Origin: Acidimicrobiales bacterium | GTDB taxonomy: Bacteria > Actinomycetota > Acidimicrobiia > Acidimicrobiales > UBA8592 | Direction of reading: 5' to 3' | Length of the DNA: 64,000 nt | Assembly: GCA_046290435.1 (NCBI GenBank) | Contig: JBKAGO010000053.1 | Span: forward strand, 568-64,567 | Shown: positions 17,402 through 26,407 of the stretch, in pieces | How the letters are laid out: each line of letters begins with the position of its first letter | Position numbering within the stretch: the first letter of the stretch is position 1 | Notes under the pieces: model-generated | The model's database searches: none | Told to the model about the DNA's origin: nothing | The model's input: the letters and a program-made list of their open reading frames with translations, nothing else | Translations under genes and position numbers: made by a program

Positions 17402-17444
17402 CAGCATACCGTCCTGCGGTCGCCCGGTCGGGCCCTGCCGAGCT

Positions 17445-18605
17445 ATGTTCGTCGCCATGACGCTCGACCACGGCCGCATCCTCACCAGCCATACCGGCAG
17501 CCTGCCCCGGCCCGACGATCTGATCACGATGATGTGGGCCCGCGAGGACGGCGTCCCCGTCGACACACAGGCACTCGACGACCGGGTGCGCAGCGCCGTG
17601 CACGAATGCGTCCGCCGCCAGGTCGACGCAGGCATCGACGTCGTCAACGACGGCGAGATGTCCAAGCCGAGCTACGCCACCTACGTCAAGGACCGCCTCC
17701 ACGGCTTCGCCGGCGAATCCGTGCAGGACTACCACTTCGAGGATCTCGTCGACTTCCCCCGCAGCGCGCAACGCGTCGCGGGCGACCCCGGCCGGCGCAA
17801 GCGCTCCGCACCGGCTTGCACCGGCCCCGTCTCGGTGTCGGATCCCGACGCCGCGCGGGCCGACATGGACAACCTGGTGGCGGCGGCTGCGGCCACCGAC
17901 TCCCCCACCATCTTCTCGAGCGCCGCGTCGCCCGGCGTCGTCTCGCTGTTCTTCGCCAACCGTCACTATGCCGACGACGAGAGCTACGTCATGGCCATCG
18001 CCGAGGCCATGCGCCACGAGTACGAGGCCATCGCCGCCGCGGGCGCGATCGTGCAGGTCGACTGCCCCGACCTGGCCATGGGGCGCCACACCGCCTACGC
18101 GGCGCTCGACGACGCCGCATTCCGCGACCGCATCGCCCTCAACGTCGCCGCCATCAACCACGCCGTCCGCGACATCGACGCCGCGCAGCTGCGCATGCAC
18201 CTGTGCTGGGGCAACTACCCCGGCCCCCACCACCACGACGTCCCCATCGCCGACATCCTCGACGTCGTCTGGGACGCCAAACCCTCCACCGTGCTGTTCG
18301 AGGCCGCCAATCCGCGCCACGCCCACGAATGGGCCGTCTTCGAGACCATCCGCGTGCCCGACGGCAAGGTCCTGTGCCCGGGCGTGATCGAGCCGCAGTC
18401 CAACTACATCGAGCATCCCGAGGTCGTCGCACAGCGCATCGAGCGGTACGGCCGCATCCTCGGACCCGACCGCATCATGGCCGGCGTCGACTGCGGGTTC
18501 AGCGTGCACGTCGGGATGCAGAGCATCGACCCCGACGTCGCGTGGGCCAAGCTGGCCGCACTCGCCGAAGGCGCCGCGATCGCATCGGATCGACTGTTCG
18601 GCTGA
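17445..18605 (+). CDS. Cobalamin-independent methionine synthase (MetE) C-terminal-domain-like protein
   Basis: GRILTSHTGSLPRP near the N-terminus, DGEMSKPSY, HLCWGN, AGVDCGF. Possible starts at ATG 17445 or ATG 17457. The upstream part of ORF 17112..18605 is rejected. Confidence 0.85.
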   Translation: MFVAMTLDHGRILTSHTGSLPRPDDLITMMWAREDGVPVDTQALDDRVRSAVHECVRRQVDAGIDVVNDGEMSKPSYATYVKDRLHGFAGESVQDYHFEDLVDFPRSAQRVAGDPGRRKRSAPACTGPVSVSDPDAARADMDNLVAAAAATDSPTIFSSAASPGVVSLFFANRHYADDESYVMAIAEAMRHEYEAIAAAGAIVQVDCPDLAMGRHTAYAALDDAAFRDRIALNVAAINHAVRDIDAAQLRMHLCWGNYPGPHHHDVPIADILDVVWDAKPSTVLFEAANPRHAHEWAVFETIRVPDGKVLCPGVIEPQSNYIEHPEVVAQRIERYGRILGPDRIMAGVDCGFSVHVGMQSIDPDVAWAKLAALAEGAAIASDRLFG

Positions 18606-18646
18606 CGCCGGCTGCCGTCTGCGAGAACATCGACCGGCCGACCCCG

Positions 18647-19873
18647 TCAATCGACGAAGAAGAACTCCATGGGCTCGACGGTCTCGAGACCGTCGCCGTC
18701 GCCCAGCACGGCCAGCGCGTCGGCGCCCGCCATGGCCGTCAGCTGGTGCGATCCCTGCCCTCCGGCCGAGGAGACCTCCCAGACGCCGTCGACGAGATCG
18801 ACCAGGGCCCGCACGAAGTGGGTCTTGCCGTCGGGACGCCGCGGCCACGGACGGCCTGCGCGCCCGGTGAGACGGCGGCGGTGCAGGACGGTGTGGCCCA
18901 TCATCTTGCGCAGCGACGGTCGGGCGAACAGCTCGTAGGACACCATCGACGACACCGGGTTGCCGGGCAGGCCGAACACCGGCACGGATCCGATCAGCCC
19001 GAAGGCCAACGGCTTGGCGGGCTTGATGGCCACCTGCATCCAGCGCATGTCGCCGATGCGATCCAACACGGCCTTGACGTAGTCGTAGTCGCCCATACTG
19101 ACCCCGCCGCTGGTGAGCACGGCGTCGCAGTCGGCGACGCCGGCCTGCAGGGCCGCTTCGATGGCCGCTTCGTCGTCGCGGATCAGGCCCAGGTCGACCG
19201 CTTCGAAGCCATCACGCTCGACCAGCGCCAACAGGCTGTACCGGTTGGCGTCGCGGATCTGGCCGGGGGCGAGCTCGCCGGGGCCGTCGACGAGCTCGTC
19301 GCCGGTGGAGAACACCCCCACCCGGGGGCGGCGCACGACGGCGACCTCGTAGTGCCCGATGCTGGCCAGGACCCCGAGGTGACCGGGGCTGAGCTCGACG
19401 CCGGCCTCGAAGACGAGATCGCCCGGCCGGAGGTCCTCGCCGGCGCCGCGCACGGCGTCGCCGACCGCCACCTCGCGGTCGATCAGGACGTCGTCGCCGT
19501 CGATGCTGGACCATTCGACCATGGCGATGGCGTCCGCGCCGTCGGGCAACGGCGCACCGGTCATGATGCGCACGGCCTCGCCCGGCAGGACCGGCGTGTG
19601 GGGCGCGTCACCGGCGGCGATCGTGCCCGCGACCCGCAGCCGCGCCGGGGCCGCTTCGGTGGCGCCGGCCAGATCCGCCGCCCGCACCGCGAAACCGTCG
19701 ACCGCGGTGTTGGCGAACGGCGGGATCAGCCCCGGCGACGCGACCGCCTCGGCGGTGACGAGGCCCCGCGCCCCCCGCACGGGAACCGTCACCGGATCGA
19801 GCGCCGAACAGCGTGCGAGAACGTGGGCCTGAGCTTCGTCCAACGGGATCATGGCCGCCAGCGTAGGTTCCAT
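18647..19873 (-). CDS. moeA: Molybdopterin molybdotransferase MoeA
   Basis: 408-aa ORF with PPFANTAVDGFAV, IMTGAPLP, TSGGVSMGDYD and GLPGNPVSS. Alternative ATG at 19852. Confidence 0.9.
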   Translation of the reverse strand: MEPTLAAMIPLDEAQAHVLARCSALDPVTVPVRGARGLVTAEAVASPGLIPPFANTAVDGFAVRAADLAGATEAAPARLRVAGTIAAGDAPHTPVLPGEAVRIMTGAPLPDGADAIAMVEWSSIDGDDVLIDREVAVGDAVRGAGEDLRPGDLVFEAGVELSPGHLGVLASIGHYEVAVVRRPRVGVFSTGDELVDGPGELAPGQIRDANRYSLLALVERDGFEAVDLGLIRDDEAAIEAALQAGVADCDAVLTSGGVSMGDYDYVKAVLDRIGDMRWMQVAIKPAKPLAFGLIGSVPVFGLPGNPVSSMVSYELFARPSLRKMMGHTVLHRRRLTGRAGRPWPRRPDGKTHFVRALVDLVDGVWEVSSAGGQGSHQLTAMAGADALAVLGDGDGLETVEPMEFFFVD

Positions 19874-19923
19874 CGCGGGCCGTCGGCGTCGTCTCGCTGC
19901 CCCGTGCCCTACGATGCCGCCCC

Positions 19924-20502
19924 GTGGACGTGTCGTGGCTCCTCGTGCCCCTCAGCTATGCCCTCGGCGCGTTCCCGACCGCGAACCTCGTCGGGCGTCT
20001 GGTCGGGCGGGACCCCACCCGCGAGGGCTCGGGCAACCCCGGGGCCTCCAACGTCTACCGCCTCGCCGGCAAACGCGCCGGCATCGCCGTGTTGGTCATC
20101 GACGTCTGCAAGGGCGCGGTGCCCGCAGCGGTCGGCCTGGCCATCGGTGGGCGCAGCCTCGGCGTCGCCTGCGGGCTCGCGGCCATGGCAGGTCACGTCC
20201 TTCCCGTCGACCGGCGATTCCGTGGCGGCAAGGGAGTGGCCACCCTCGGCGGCGCCTGCCTGGTGCTGTATCCCCTGGTCTCGCTGTGCCTGCTCACGGT
20301 CTGGGCCGCCGTGATGCGTGTCAGCCGGGTGGCGGCGCTGGGGTCACTGGCGATGGCGGCGCTGTTGCCGGTCGGCGTCGCGATCCGGGGCCGCCCTGGC
20401 TGGGAGATCGCCGCAGTTGCAGCCGCTGCCATCGTGGTCATCGTCCGGCACCGCTCCAACGTCGACCGCCTGCTGCGTGGCCACGAACGCACCATGTCGT
20501 GA
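19924..20502 (+). CDS. plsY: Glycerol-3-phosphate acyltransferase PlsY
   Basis: GSGNPGASNV, KGAVP, FRGGKGVAT. Polytopic, 192 aa. Confidence 0.9.
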   Translation: MDVSWLLVPLSYALGAFPTANLVGRLVGRDPTREGSGNPGASNVYRLAGKRAGIAVLVIDVCKGAVPAAVGLAIGGRSLGVACGLAAMAGHVLPVDRRFRGGKGVATLGGACLVLYPLVSLCLLTVWAAVMRVSRVAALGSLAMAALLPVGVAIRGRPGWEIAAVAAAAIVVIVRHRSNVDRLLRGHERTMS

Positions 20503-20632
20503 TGGCCGGTGTCGTGATGGCCGGGATCGTGACCGACGCCCGCGGCGGGGGCGTGGGGTTGCGTCGGCTCGACATCGGCGGCGATATCCTCCGCAGCTGA
20601 CCTGATCAGCCGACGACCCGGAATCCCCGCCA

Positions 20633-21001
20633 ATGCCCACCTACGACTACCAGTGCAGCACCTGTGGTGTGGCCTTCGAGCTCTTCCAGTCCTTCAGCGA
20701 GGACACGCTCACGAAGTGCCCGACCAAGAAGAGCGGCAACAGCCCCGAAGGGTGCACCGCACCCGGTCGAGGCAAGGTGACCAAGGTCTTCTCGGCCCCG
20801 GGCATCACGTTCAAGGGTTCGGGCTTCTACAAGACCGACAGCCGCTCCGGTTCGTCGAAGTCGGGCGGGTCGTCCGGTAGCGGCAAGGAGTCCTCGGACT
20901 CCTCGAGCTCGTCCGAGACGAAGTCCGACAGCGCGAAGAGCGACACGAAGAAGTCCGACACGAAGAAGTCCGACAGCGCCACGAAGGCCGCCAAGGACTG
21001 A
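20633..21001 (+). CDS. FmdB-family zinc-ribbon protein with a Ser/Lys-rich tail
   Basis: MPTYDYQCSTCG...KCP...GC (CxxC plus a second Cys pair), GFYKTD, and a low-complexity tail SSDSSSSSETKSDSAKSDTKKSDTKKSD. Confidence 0.85.
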   Translation: MPTYDYQCSTCGVAFELFQSFSEDTLTKCPTKKSGNSPEGCTAPGRGKVTKVFSAPGITFKGSGFYKTDSRSGSSKSGGSSGSGKESSDSSSSSETKSDSAKSDTKKSDTKKSDSATKAAKD

Positions 21002-21024
21002 GTCCCGGCGGCGTCGCCGCCAGC

Positions 21025-21077
21025 GCACTTCCCCCGAAGCCGGCACTTCCCCCGAAGCCAGCACTGCTCTTCGAAGG
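21025..21077. repeat. 18-bp tandem repeat (2 full units plus 1 diverged) immediately upstream of the SAF-domain gene
   Basis: gcacttcccccgaagcc(g/a) occurs twice, followed by gcactgctcttcgaagg. Confidence 0.7.
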
Positions 21078-21078
21078 G

Positions 21079-21777
21079 TTGCCCATGCGCGTCCGCCGCT
21101 CCACCTCCGGGTCCCCACCGGACCCTGCGTCTGTGTCCCGTTCCGGCTCCGGCCCGACACGACCCGGACCTGCCCTACCCGGGATCTGGGAGCCGTCTGC
21201 GCTGCGACGGCTGCTGCGACGACCGATCGTCGCCTGGGGCATCGCCGGTGCGCTCGCGCTGGTGGCCGGCACGATCGTCGCCGACACCACCGCGGATGCC
21301 GCCCGGCTACGTGACGGCTACGGCACGGCCCGGGAGGTGCTCGTGACCGACGTCGCGGTCGCATCCGGAGATCTTCTCGCCCCGGCGGTCGTGCGCCGGT
21401 CGTTGCCGCTGACGGTCATCCCCGACGACGCCCTCGACGCCGTCGACGCCTCGGCCACTGCGGCGGCGCCCATCAGCGCGGGGGCGGTGCTGACCCGCCA
21501 GGACGTCGCCGGTGCCGGTGGCCTGGGTCCCGACGAGGCCGCCGTTGCCGTACCCGCCGGCCCGGCGGTGCCCTCGACCGAACCCGGGACCCCGGTGTGG
21601 GTGGTCATCGCCGCCGACCCGTTCGCAGCGGTCGACGCCGGTCTCGTCGCCGGCCGGGTGCTGGCGACCACCGACGAGACCGTGACCGTCGTGGTCGCCG
21701 TCGCCGACCTGGCCACCGTCAGCGCAGCCACCGGCGCAGGGGTGGTCGGTCTCGCCCTCCGGGGCGAACAGACGTGA
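21079..21777 (+). CDS. SAF-domain (CpaB-like) membrane-anchored protein
   Basis: TM helix IVAWGIAGALALVAGTIV, then a SAF-like segment VLVTDVAVASGDLLAPAVV. The position after an FmdB-like gene matches common actinobacterial synteny. Confidence 0.6.
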   Translation: MPMRVRRSTSGSPPDPASVSRSGSGPTRPGPALPGIWEPSALRRLLRRPIVAWGIAGALALVAGTIVADTTADAARLRDGYGTAREVLVTDVAVASGDLLAPAVVRRSLPLTVIPDDALDAVDASATAAAPISAGAVLTRQDVAGAGGLGPDEAAVAVPAGPAVPSTEPGTPVWVVIAADPFAAVDAGLVAGRVLATTDETVTVVVAVADLATVSAATGAGVVGLALRGEQT

Positions 21778-21825
21778 ACAGCCGCCCCCGGCGAGGCGAC
21801 CAGTGAGGATCTACGCTCGGGGGCC

Positions 21826-22812
21826 ATGGGGGTCATCGACTGTCACGCGCACGCCGTGATCGAAGCTGCGTTCGGCGCGGCGGGCGTCCACGGCCCCGAA
21901 CTGCGCAGCGACGACGGTGTCGACACCTTTCGGGTGGGCACCTACGAGATGACGCCCATGCCCTACAGGGGCAGCCTGTTCATGGACGTCGACAAGCGCC
22001 TCGCCGCGATGGACGCCGCGGGCATCGACCGCCAGCTGCTGTCGCCCAACCCCCTCACGTTCATGCACGGCATCGGTGTCGACGACGCCGTCCGCTACTG
22101 CCGGGCGCACAACGACGCCATGGCCGGCATCGTCGCCGCGCACCCTCACCGACTGCTGGGTGCGGCGGCGCTGCCCATGCAGGACACCGCCGCCGCCATC
22201 GCCGAACTCGAGCGCAGCATCGGCGAGCTCGGCCTGGTCGCCGCCTATGTCGGCACCGACCCCGGCGCCATGCTCGACGACCGCCGCTTCGACGACCTCT
22301 ACCGTGCGCTCGTCGCACTCGACGTGCCGCTGTTCGTGCATCCGGGATCGAGCGACGGCGTCGGCCCACCTGCCGATGCACGCCTGGCCCGCCACGGCCT
22401 GGGCCTGGTGGTCGGCTACGCCTACGAGGAGACCATCGCCGTCGCCAGCCTCGTCCTGGGCGGCGTCTTCGACCGACACCCCGATCTCGACGTGTGCATC
22501 TCCCACGGCGGCGGCGTGGCTGTCACGCTGGCGCACCGGTTCGAGGCGATGGCGTCGTTCCGGCGCCGCCCGCCGCGCGAGTTCACCGACGGCCTGCGCA
22601 GGCTCTGGTTCGACGCCCATGTCGGCGCCCACGATGCCGCCGGCGACGCAGCGCTCGACACCCTCGAGGCGATGGTCGGCCACAACCGCCTCGTCTACGG
22701 CACCAACTTCGGGGGCTGGGATGCTCCCGCCCACACCACCGAGCGCGACGCCGGCTTCACCCCGAACGCCGAGCGGCTGCTGCGACTCCCGCCCTCCGGA
22801 GGTACCCCATGA
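21826..22812 (+). CDS. Amidohydrolase_2 (ACMSD-like) family metal-dependent hydrolase/decarboxylase
   Basis: VIDCHAHAV (HxH), LFVHPG, CISHGGG. 328 aa. Confidence 0.85.
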   Translation: MGVIDCHAHAVIEAAFGAAGVHGPELRSDDGVDTFRVGTYEMTPMPYRGSLFMDVDKRLAAMDAAGIDRQLLSPNPLTFMHGIGVDDAVRYCRAHNDAMAGIVAAHPHRLLGAAALPMQDTAAAIAELERSIGELGLVAAYVGTDPGAMLDDRRFDDLYRALVALDVPLFVHPGSSDGVGPPADARLARHGLGLVVGYAYEETIAVASLVLGGVFDRHPDLDVCISHGGGVAVTLAHRFEAMASFRRRPPREFTDGLRRLWFDAHVGAHDAAGDAALDTLEAMVGHNRLVYGTNFGGWDAPAHTTERDAGFTPNAERLLRLPPSGGTP

Positions 22813-24140
22813 GCCCCACCACTGCCACCCGCACCCTCATCACCGGCGCCCGGCTGTTCACCGGCGTCGACGGCGAGGTCATCGACGACGGCACCGTCGT
22901 GGTCGACGGCGGCACCATCGCCTATGCGGGCCCCACCGTCGATGCGCCGCCGGTCGACGACGCGACCGTGGTCGATGTCGCCGGCCGCTTCGTCATGCCC
23001 GGCATGACCGAGTCCCACGTGCACCTCGCCTACGCCAACGCGGCGCCGACACGCCTCAACAGCTCGCCGGTGCAGATCGCCATGCTCGATGCCGTCGACA
23101 ACGCCCGGGTACTGCTCGGATCGGGCTTCACCTCGGCCATCAGCTTCGGCGCCGCGCAGGGCACCGACGTGCCGTTGCGCGACGCCATCGAGGCCGGCCG
23201 CGTCCCGGGGCCCCGGCTGCTGGCCAACGACCGCGACGTCGGTTCCACCGGCTCCAACGCCGACTCCTCCTCTCCCGGCAGCGAAGGGCTCAAGCTCATC
23301 GCCGACGGCCCCTGGGCAGTGCGCGCCGCGGTGCGCGAGCTCGCCAAGAAGCGCTGCGACGTGGTCAAGCTGTTCCTCGACGGCGAGTCCCTGAACGCCT
23401 ACGCCCCGCCGGGGATGCTCACCTACACCGACGAAGAGGTCGCGGCCTGCATCGACGAAGCCCACATGCGTGGACTGCGTGTGGTCACCCACTCCCGGTC
23501 GGCCGCCGCGGTCAAGCAGGCCGTCCGCCACGGCGCCGACATCATCGGCCACGGCAACTACCTCGACGACGAGGCCGTCGACATGCTCCGTGCGGTGCGC
23601 GACCGCGTGTTCGTGGGGCCCGGGATCGCGTGGGAGATCACGCTGCTCGAACGGGGCAACGAGATCGGGCTCCCCCGAGCCACGATGGAGGCCCAGGGCT
23701 ATCAACGCGAGGTCGACGAGACCATCAGCGCCGTCAAGCGCCTCCGTGAGGCCGGGGTGCGGGTCCTCGTCGGCGGCGACTACGGCCTCAACATCTGCCC
23801 CCACGGCACCAACGCCAAGGACCTGCAGTACTTCGTCGAACTGTTCGGGATGACCCCGACCGAGGCGCTGCTGTGCGCCACCCGCGACGGCGGCACTGCG
23901 TTCGATCCCGGTGGCATGGTCGGCACCCTCGTCGAGGGCACCCACGCCGACCTCGTGGTGGTCGACGGCGACCCGACGGTCGACGTCACCGTCCTCCAGG
24001 ACCACGCCCGCCTCCCGGCCGTCATGAAGGCCGGCGTGTGGTACCAGGACCTCGTGGGGTCAGACCCCGCTTTCCCGCTTTCTCTTCCGACGCGCTGGCC
24101 TGCCGCTCATCCCGGGAGAAAGCGGGAAAGCGGGGTCTGA
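22809..24140 (+). CDS. Metal-dependent amidohydrolase (imidazolonepropionase/prolidase-like family)
   Basis: ATG 22809 overlaps the upstream stop (ATGA). PGMTESHVHL (HxH), VVTHSRS, LVGGDYG. The last ~28 codons and the stop lie inside the inverted repeat 24056..24144. Confidence 0.85.
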   Translation: MSPTTATRTLITGARLFTGVDGEVIDDGTVVVDGGTIAYAGPTVDAPPVDDATVVDVAGRFVMPGMTESHVHLAYANAAPTRLNSSPVQIAMLDAVDNARVLLGSGFTSAISFGAAQGTDVPLRDAIEAGRVPGPRLLANDRDVGSTGSNADSSSPGSEGLKLIADGPWAVRAAVRELAKKRCDVVKLFLDGESLNAYAPPGMLTYTDEEVAACIDEAHMRGLRVVTHSRSAAAVKQAVRHGADIIGHGNYLDDEAVDMLRAVRDRVFVGPGIAWEITLLERGNEIGLPRATMEAQGYQREVDETISAVKRLREAGVRVLVGGDYGLNICPHGTNAKDLQYFVELFGMTPTEALLCATRDGGTAFDPGGMVGTLVEGTHADLVVVDGDPTVDVTVLQDHARLPAVMKAGVWYQDLVGSDPAFPLSLPTRWPAAHPGRKRESGV

Positions 24141-24144
24141 CCCC
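24056..24144. repeat. Perfect 29-bp inverted repeat (24056-24084 / 24116-24144) with a 31-nt spacer
   Basis: ggggtcagaccccgctttcccgctttctc ... gagaaagcgggaaagcggggtctgacccc. It sits between convergent genes (amidohydrolase stop 24138-24140, uppP stop 24149-24151). Confidence 0.9.
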
Positions 24145-24148
24145 AGTG

Positions 24149-24979
24149 CTACCGAACGCCCGTTGCCACCAGCGTGAGGACGAACATGCCGAGGGCCACG
24201 CGGTAGATCACGAACGGGGTGAAGTCGTTCTTGCGGACGTACTGGAGCAGGCCCCACACTGCGACCCAGCCGGTGGCCGCCGAGCTGAGCATGCCCAGCG
24301 CGAACGCCATGCGGAAGTCCGCCGGCACGCCCGACATTCCCCCGATGTCGATGAACGAGTACGCACCGGCGCCGGCGATGACCGGGATGCTCATCAGGAA
24401 CACCAGGCGAGCTGCGTCGGACCGATCGAACTTCAGCGCCCGGGCAGCGGTGACGGTGACACCCGAGCGCGACACCCCCGGCTGCAGCGCGCACGCCTGG
24501 GCGATGCCCAGGATCGCGGCATCGCGCCAGCCGAAGGTGTCCTCGGTGCGGGTGCCGCCGAGGCGGTCGGCGAGCAGCAACAGCAGGCCGAACCCGATGA
24601 GGGTCAGGCCCGTCAGCCAGATGTGTTCGGCCAGCGCGTCGAGCACGTCGCCACCGAGCACGCCGACGATCGACGCAGGGATCATCGTGGCCAGCAGCAA
24701 CCATGCGGTCTGGCCGTCACGGGTGGCTTCACGTCGGGCCACCATCGTGAGGCCGGCAGTGGCGTAGCGGATGATGTCGCGCCAGAAATACGCCACCACC
24801 CCGATGAGCGTTCCGAGGTGCACGGCCACGTCGAACGCCGTGCCCAGGCTCTCGTCGCCTTCGAAGAGATCCCAGCCGAACAGCCACGGCACCACCTGCA
24901 GATGCCCGCTGGAGGACACCGGCAGGAACTCGGTGAGTCCCTGGACGACGCCGAGGATGATGGCCTGGATGTTCGACAT
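24149..24979 (-). CDS. uppP: Undecaprenyl-diphosphatase UppP (BacA)
   Basis: GVVQGLTEFLPVSSSGHL and GVSRSG. Polytopic, 276 aa. Confidence 0.92.
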   Translation of the reverse strand: MSNIQAIILGVVQGLTEFLPVSSSGHLQVVPWLFGWDLFEGDESLGTAFDVAVHLGTLIGVVAYFWRDIIRYATAGLTMVARREATRDGQTAWLLLATMIPASIVGVLGGDVLDALAEHIWLTGLTLIGFGLLLLLADRLGGTRTEDTFGWRDAAILGIAQACALQPGVSRSGVTVTAARALKFDRSDAARLVFLMSIPVIAGAGAYSFIDIGGMSGVPADFRMAFALGMLSSAATGWVAVWGLLQYVRKNDFTPFVIYRVALGMFVLTLVATGVR

Positions 24980-25012
24980 CGATCGGCTTTCGTTCCAGCT
25001 CGGGCGGAGGGA

Positions 25013-26407
25013 TCAGCGGCCGCTGAGGGCCACGTCGCCGATCACGAGCGTCGGACAGGTCACCCCGCCAGGGAGGGCCTCGATGTCGGCGCCGACCGCG
25101 CTGATGTCGGCCAGCAGCCGCAACAGGGTGGACGCCACCGTGGCCTCGCGCACACCCTCGGCCAGCTCGCCGTTGCGGATCATGCGGCCCTCGACACCGA
25201 CGGAGAAGTCACCGCTCACTGCGTTGACGCCCGAGTGCAGTCCGCTCATCGAGCGCACCACGATGCCATCGGCGACGCCGGACACGAGCTCGTCGTGGGT
25301 GCCCGACCCCGGCCGCACCGACAGGGCGTGCCAACCCACCGACGGGGTGGACCGGACGCCGCGCACCGCCGAGGCGGTCGACGCGACGCCGGCGCGGGCC
25401 GCCGATTGGCTGTGGTGCAGGAACCCGCAGAGCTCGCCATCGATGATGAGGTCGTTGCGGCGCGCAGCGAGGCCCTCGCCGTCGAAGCGGCGGGCACCGT
25501 AGGAGTCGGGGTCGGTCGGGTCACAGATCATGGTCAGCAGCGGCGCAGCGATGCGCTCGCCCACCCGATCGGCAAATGGGGTGCGTCCCTTGAGGGCTCG
25601 CTCGCCCGAGACCATCCCGCCGATGATGCCGAGCAGCGTCGCGGCCAGCCGGGGCTCGAGCACGAGGGTGACCCGACCCGAGTCGGGCTGGCCGGCGCCG
25701 AGCAGCTCGGTGGCTCTCGAGACCGCGTCGGCGGCGGCCTCGTCGAGGTCCAGACCGGACACGCCACGGTCGATGGTGCTGCCCCCGCCGCTGCGGACCT
25801 CGTCGCCCTCGGCGGCCAGCGCCAGCGCCGACGCGGACGCGCTGGTGGAGGAGGTGACGGTACGGATGCCGGTGGTGGTGGCGATGGCCGACGTGCCGGC
25901 GCGATCGCCGTACCCGCAGGTCCGCACGCCGGTGATGCGGGGATCGCCGGCGCGTACCCGCCGTTCGAGCTCGATCGCGAGCTCGACCTTGGCAGCGGTG
26001 GGGGTGGAGACGACGTCGTCGCGCCACAGATCGAGCTCGACGGGCACGACACCGTCGGGGCGGGCGACGAGGACGTGGTCGTCGGGCTCGGCGAAGGTGA
26101 GGTTGTCGCGGGCATCCGCGAGGACGTCGTCGACCACGTCGGCATCGAGCGAGCCGGCCGAGGCGAAGCCCTGGCGGCCACCGGCGACGACACGCACCCC
26201 GATGCCCGCGACATCGGCGATGGTGAGCGATTCGACCTCGCCCTCATAGGCACGGATCGACGTCGATGCCGAGCGGCCCACCACGACCTCGAGATCCTCG
26301 CCCGGTTTCGCAGCGGCGACGACACGGTCGGCGATGGCCAACAGGGCGGCGGCTTCGTCGGCTCGGTCCGGCATCACCCCACGGCGGCCGACATCACCGT
26401 CACTCAC
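25013..26407 (-). CDS. pmbA: PmbA/TldE-family metalloprotease component (paralogue 2)
   Basis: GLHSGVNAVSGDFSVGVEG plus overall PmbA layout. GTG 26407 overlaps the upstream stop by 8 nt. Alternative ATG at 26374. Confidence 0.85.
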   Translation of the reverse strand: MSDGDVGRRGVMPDRADEAAALLAIADRVVAAAKPGEDLEVVVGRSASTSIRAYEGEVESLTIADVAGIGVRVVAGGRQGFASAGSLDADVVDDVLADARDNLTFAEPDDHVLVARPDGVVPVELDLWRDDVVSTPTAAKVELAIELERRVRAGDPRITGVRTCGYGDRAGTSAIATTTGIRTVTSSTSASASALALAAEGDEVRSGGGSTIDRGVSGLDLDEAAADAVSRATELLGAGQPDSGRVTLVLEPRLAATLLGIIGGMVSGERALKGRTPFADRVGERIAAPLLTMICDPTDPDSYGARRFDGEGLAARRNDLIIDGELCGFLHHSQSAARAGVASTASAVRGVRSTPSVGWHALSVRPGSGTHDELVSGVADGIVVRSMSGLHSGVNAVSGDFSVGVEGRMIRNGELAEGVREATVASTLLRLLADISAVGADIEALPGGVTCPTLVIGDVALSGR

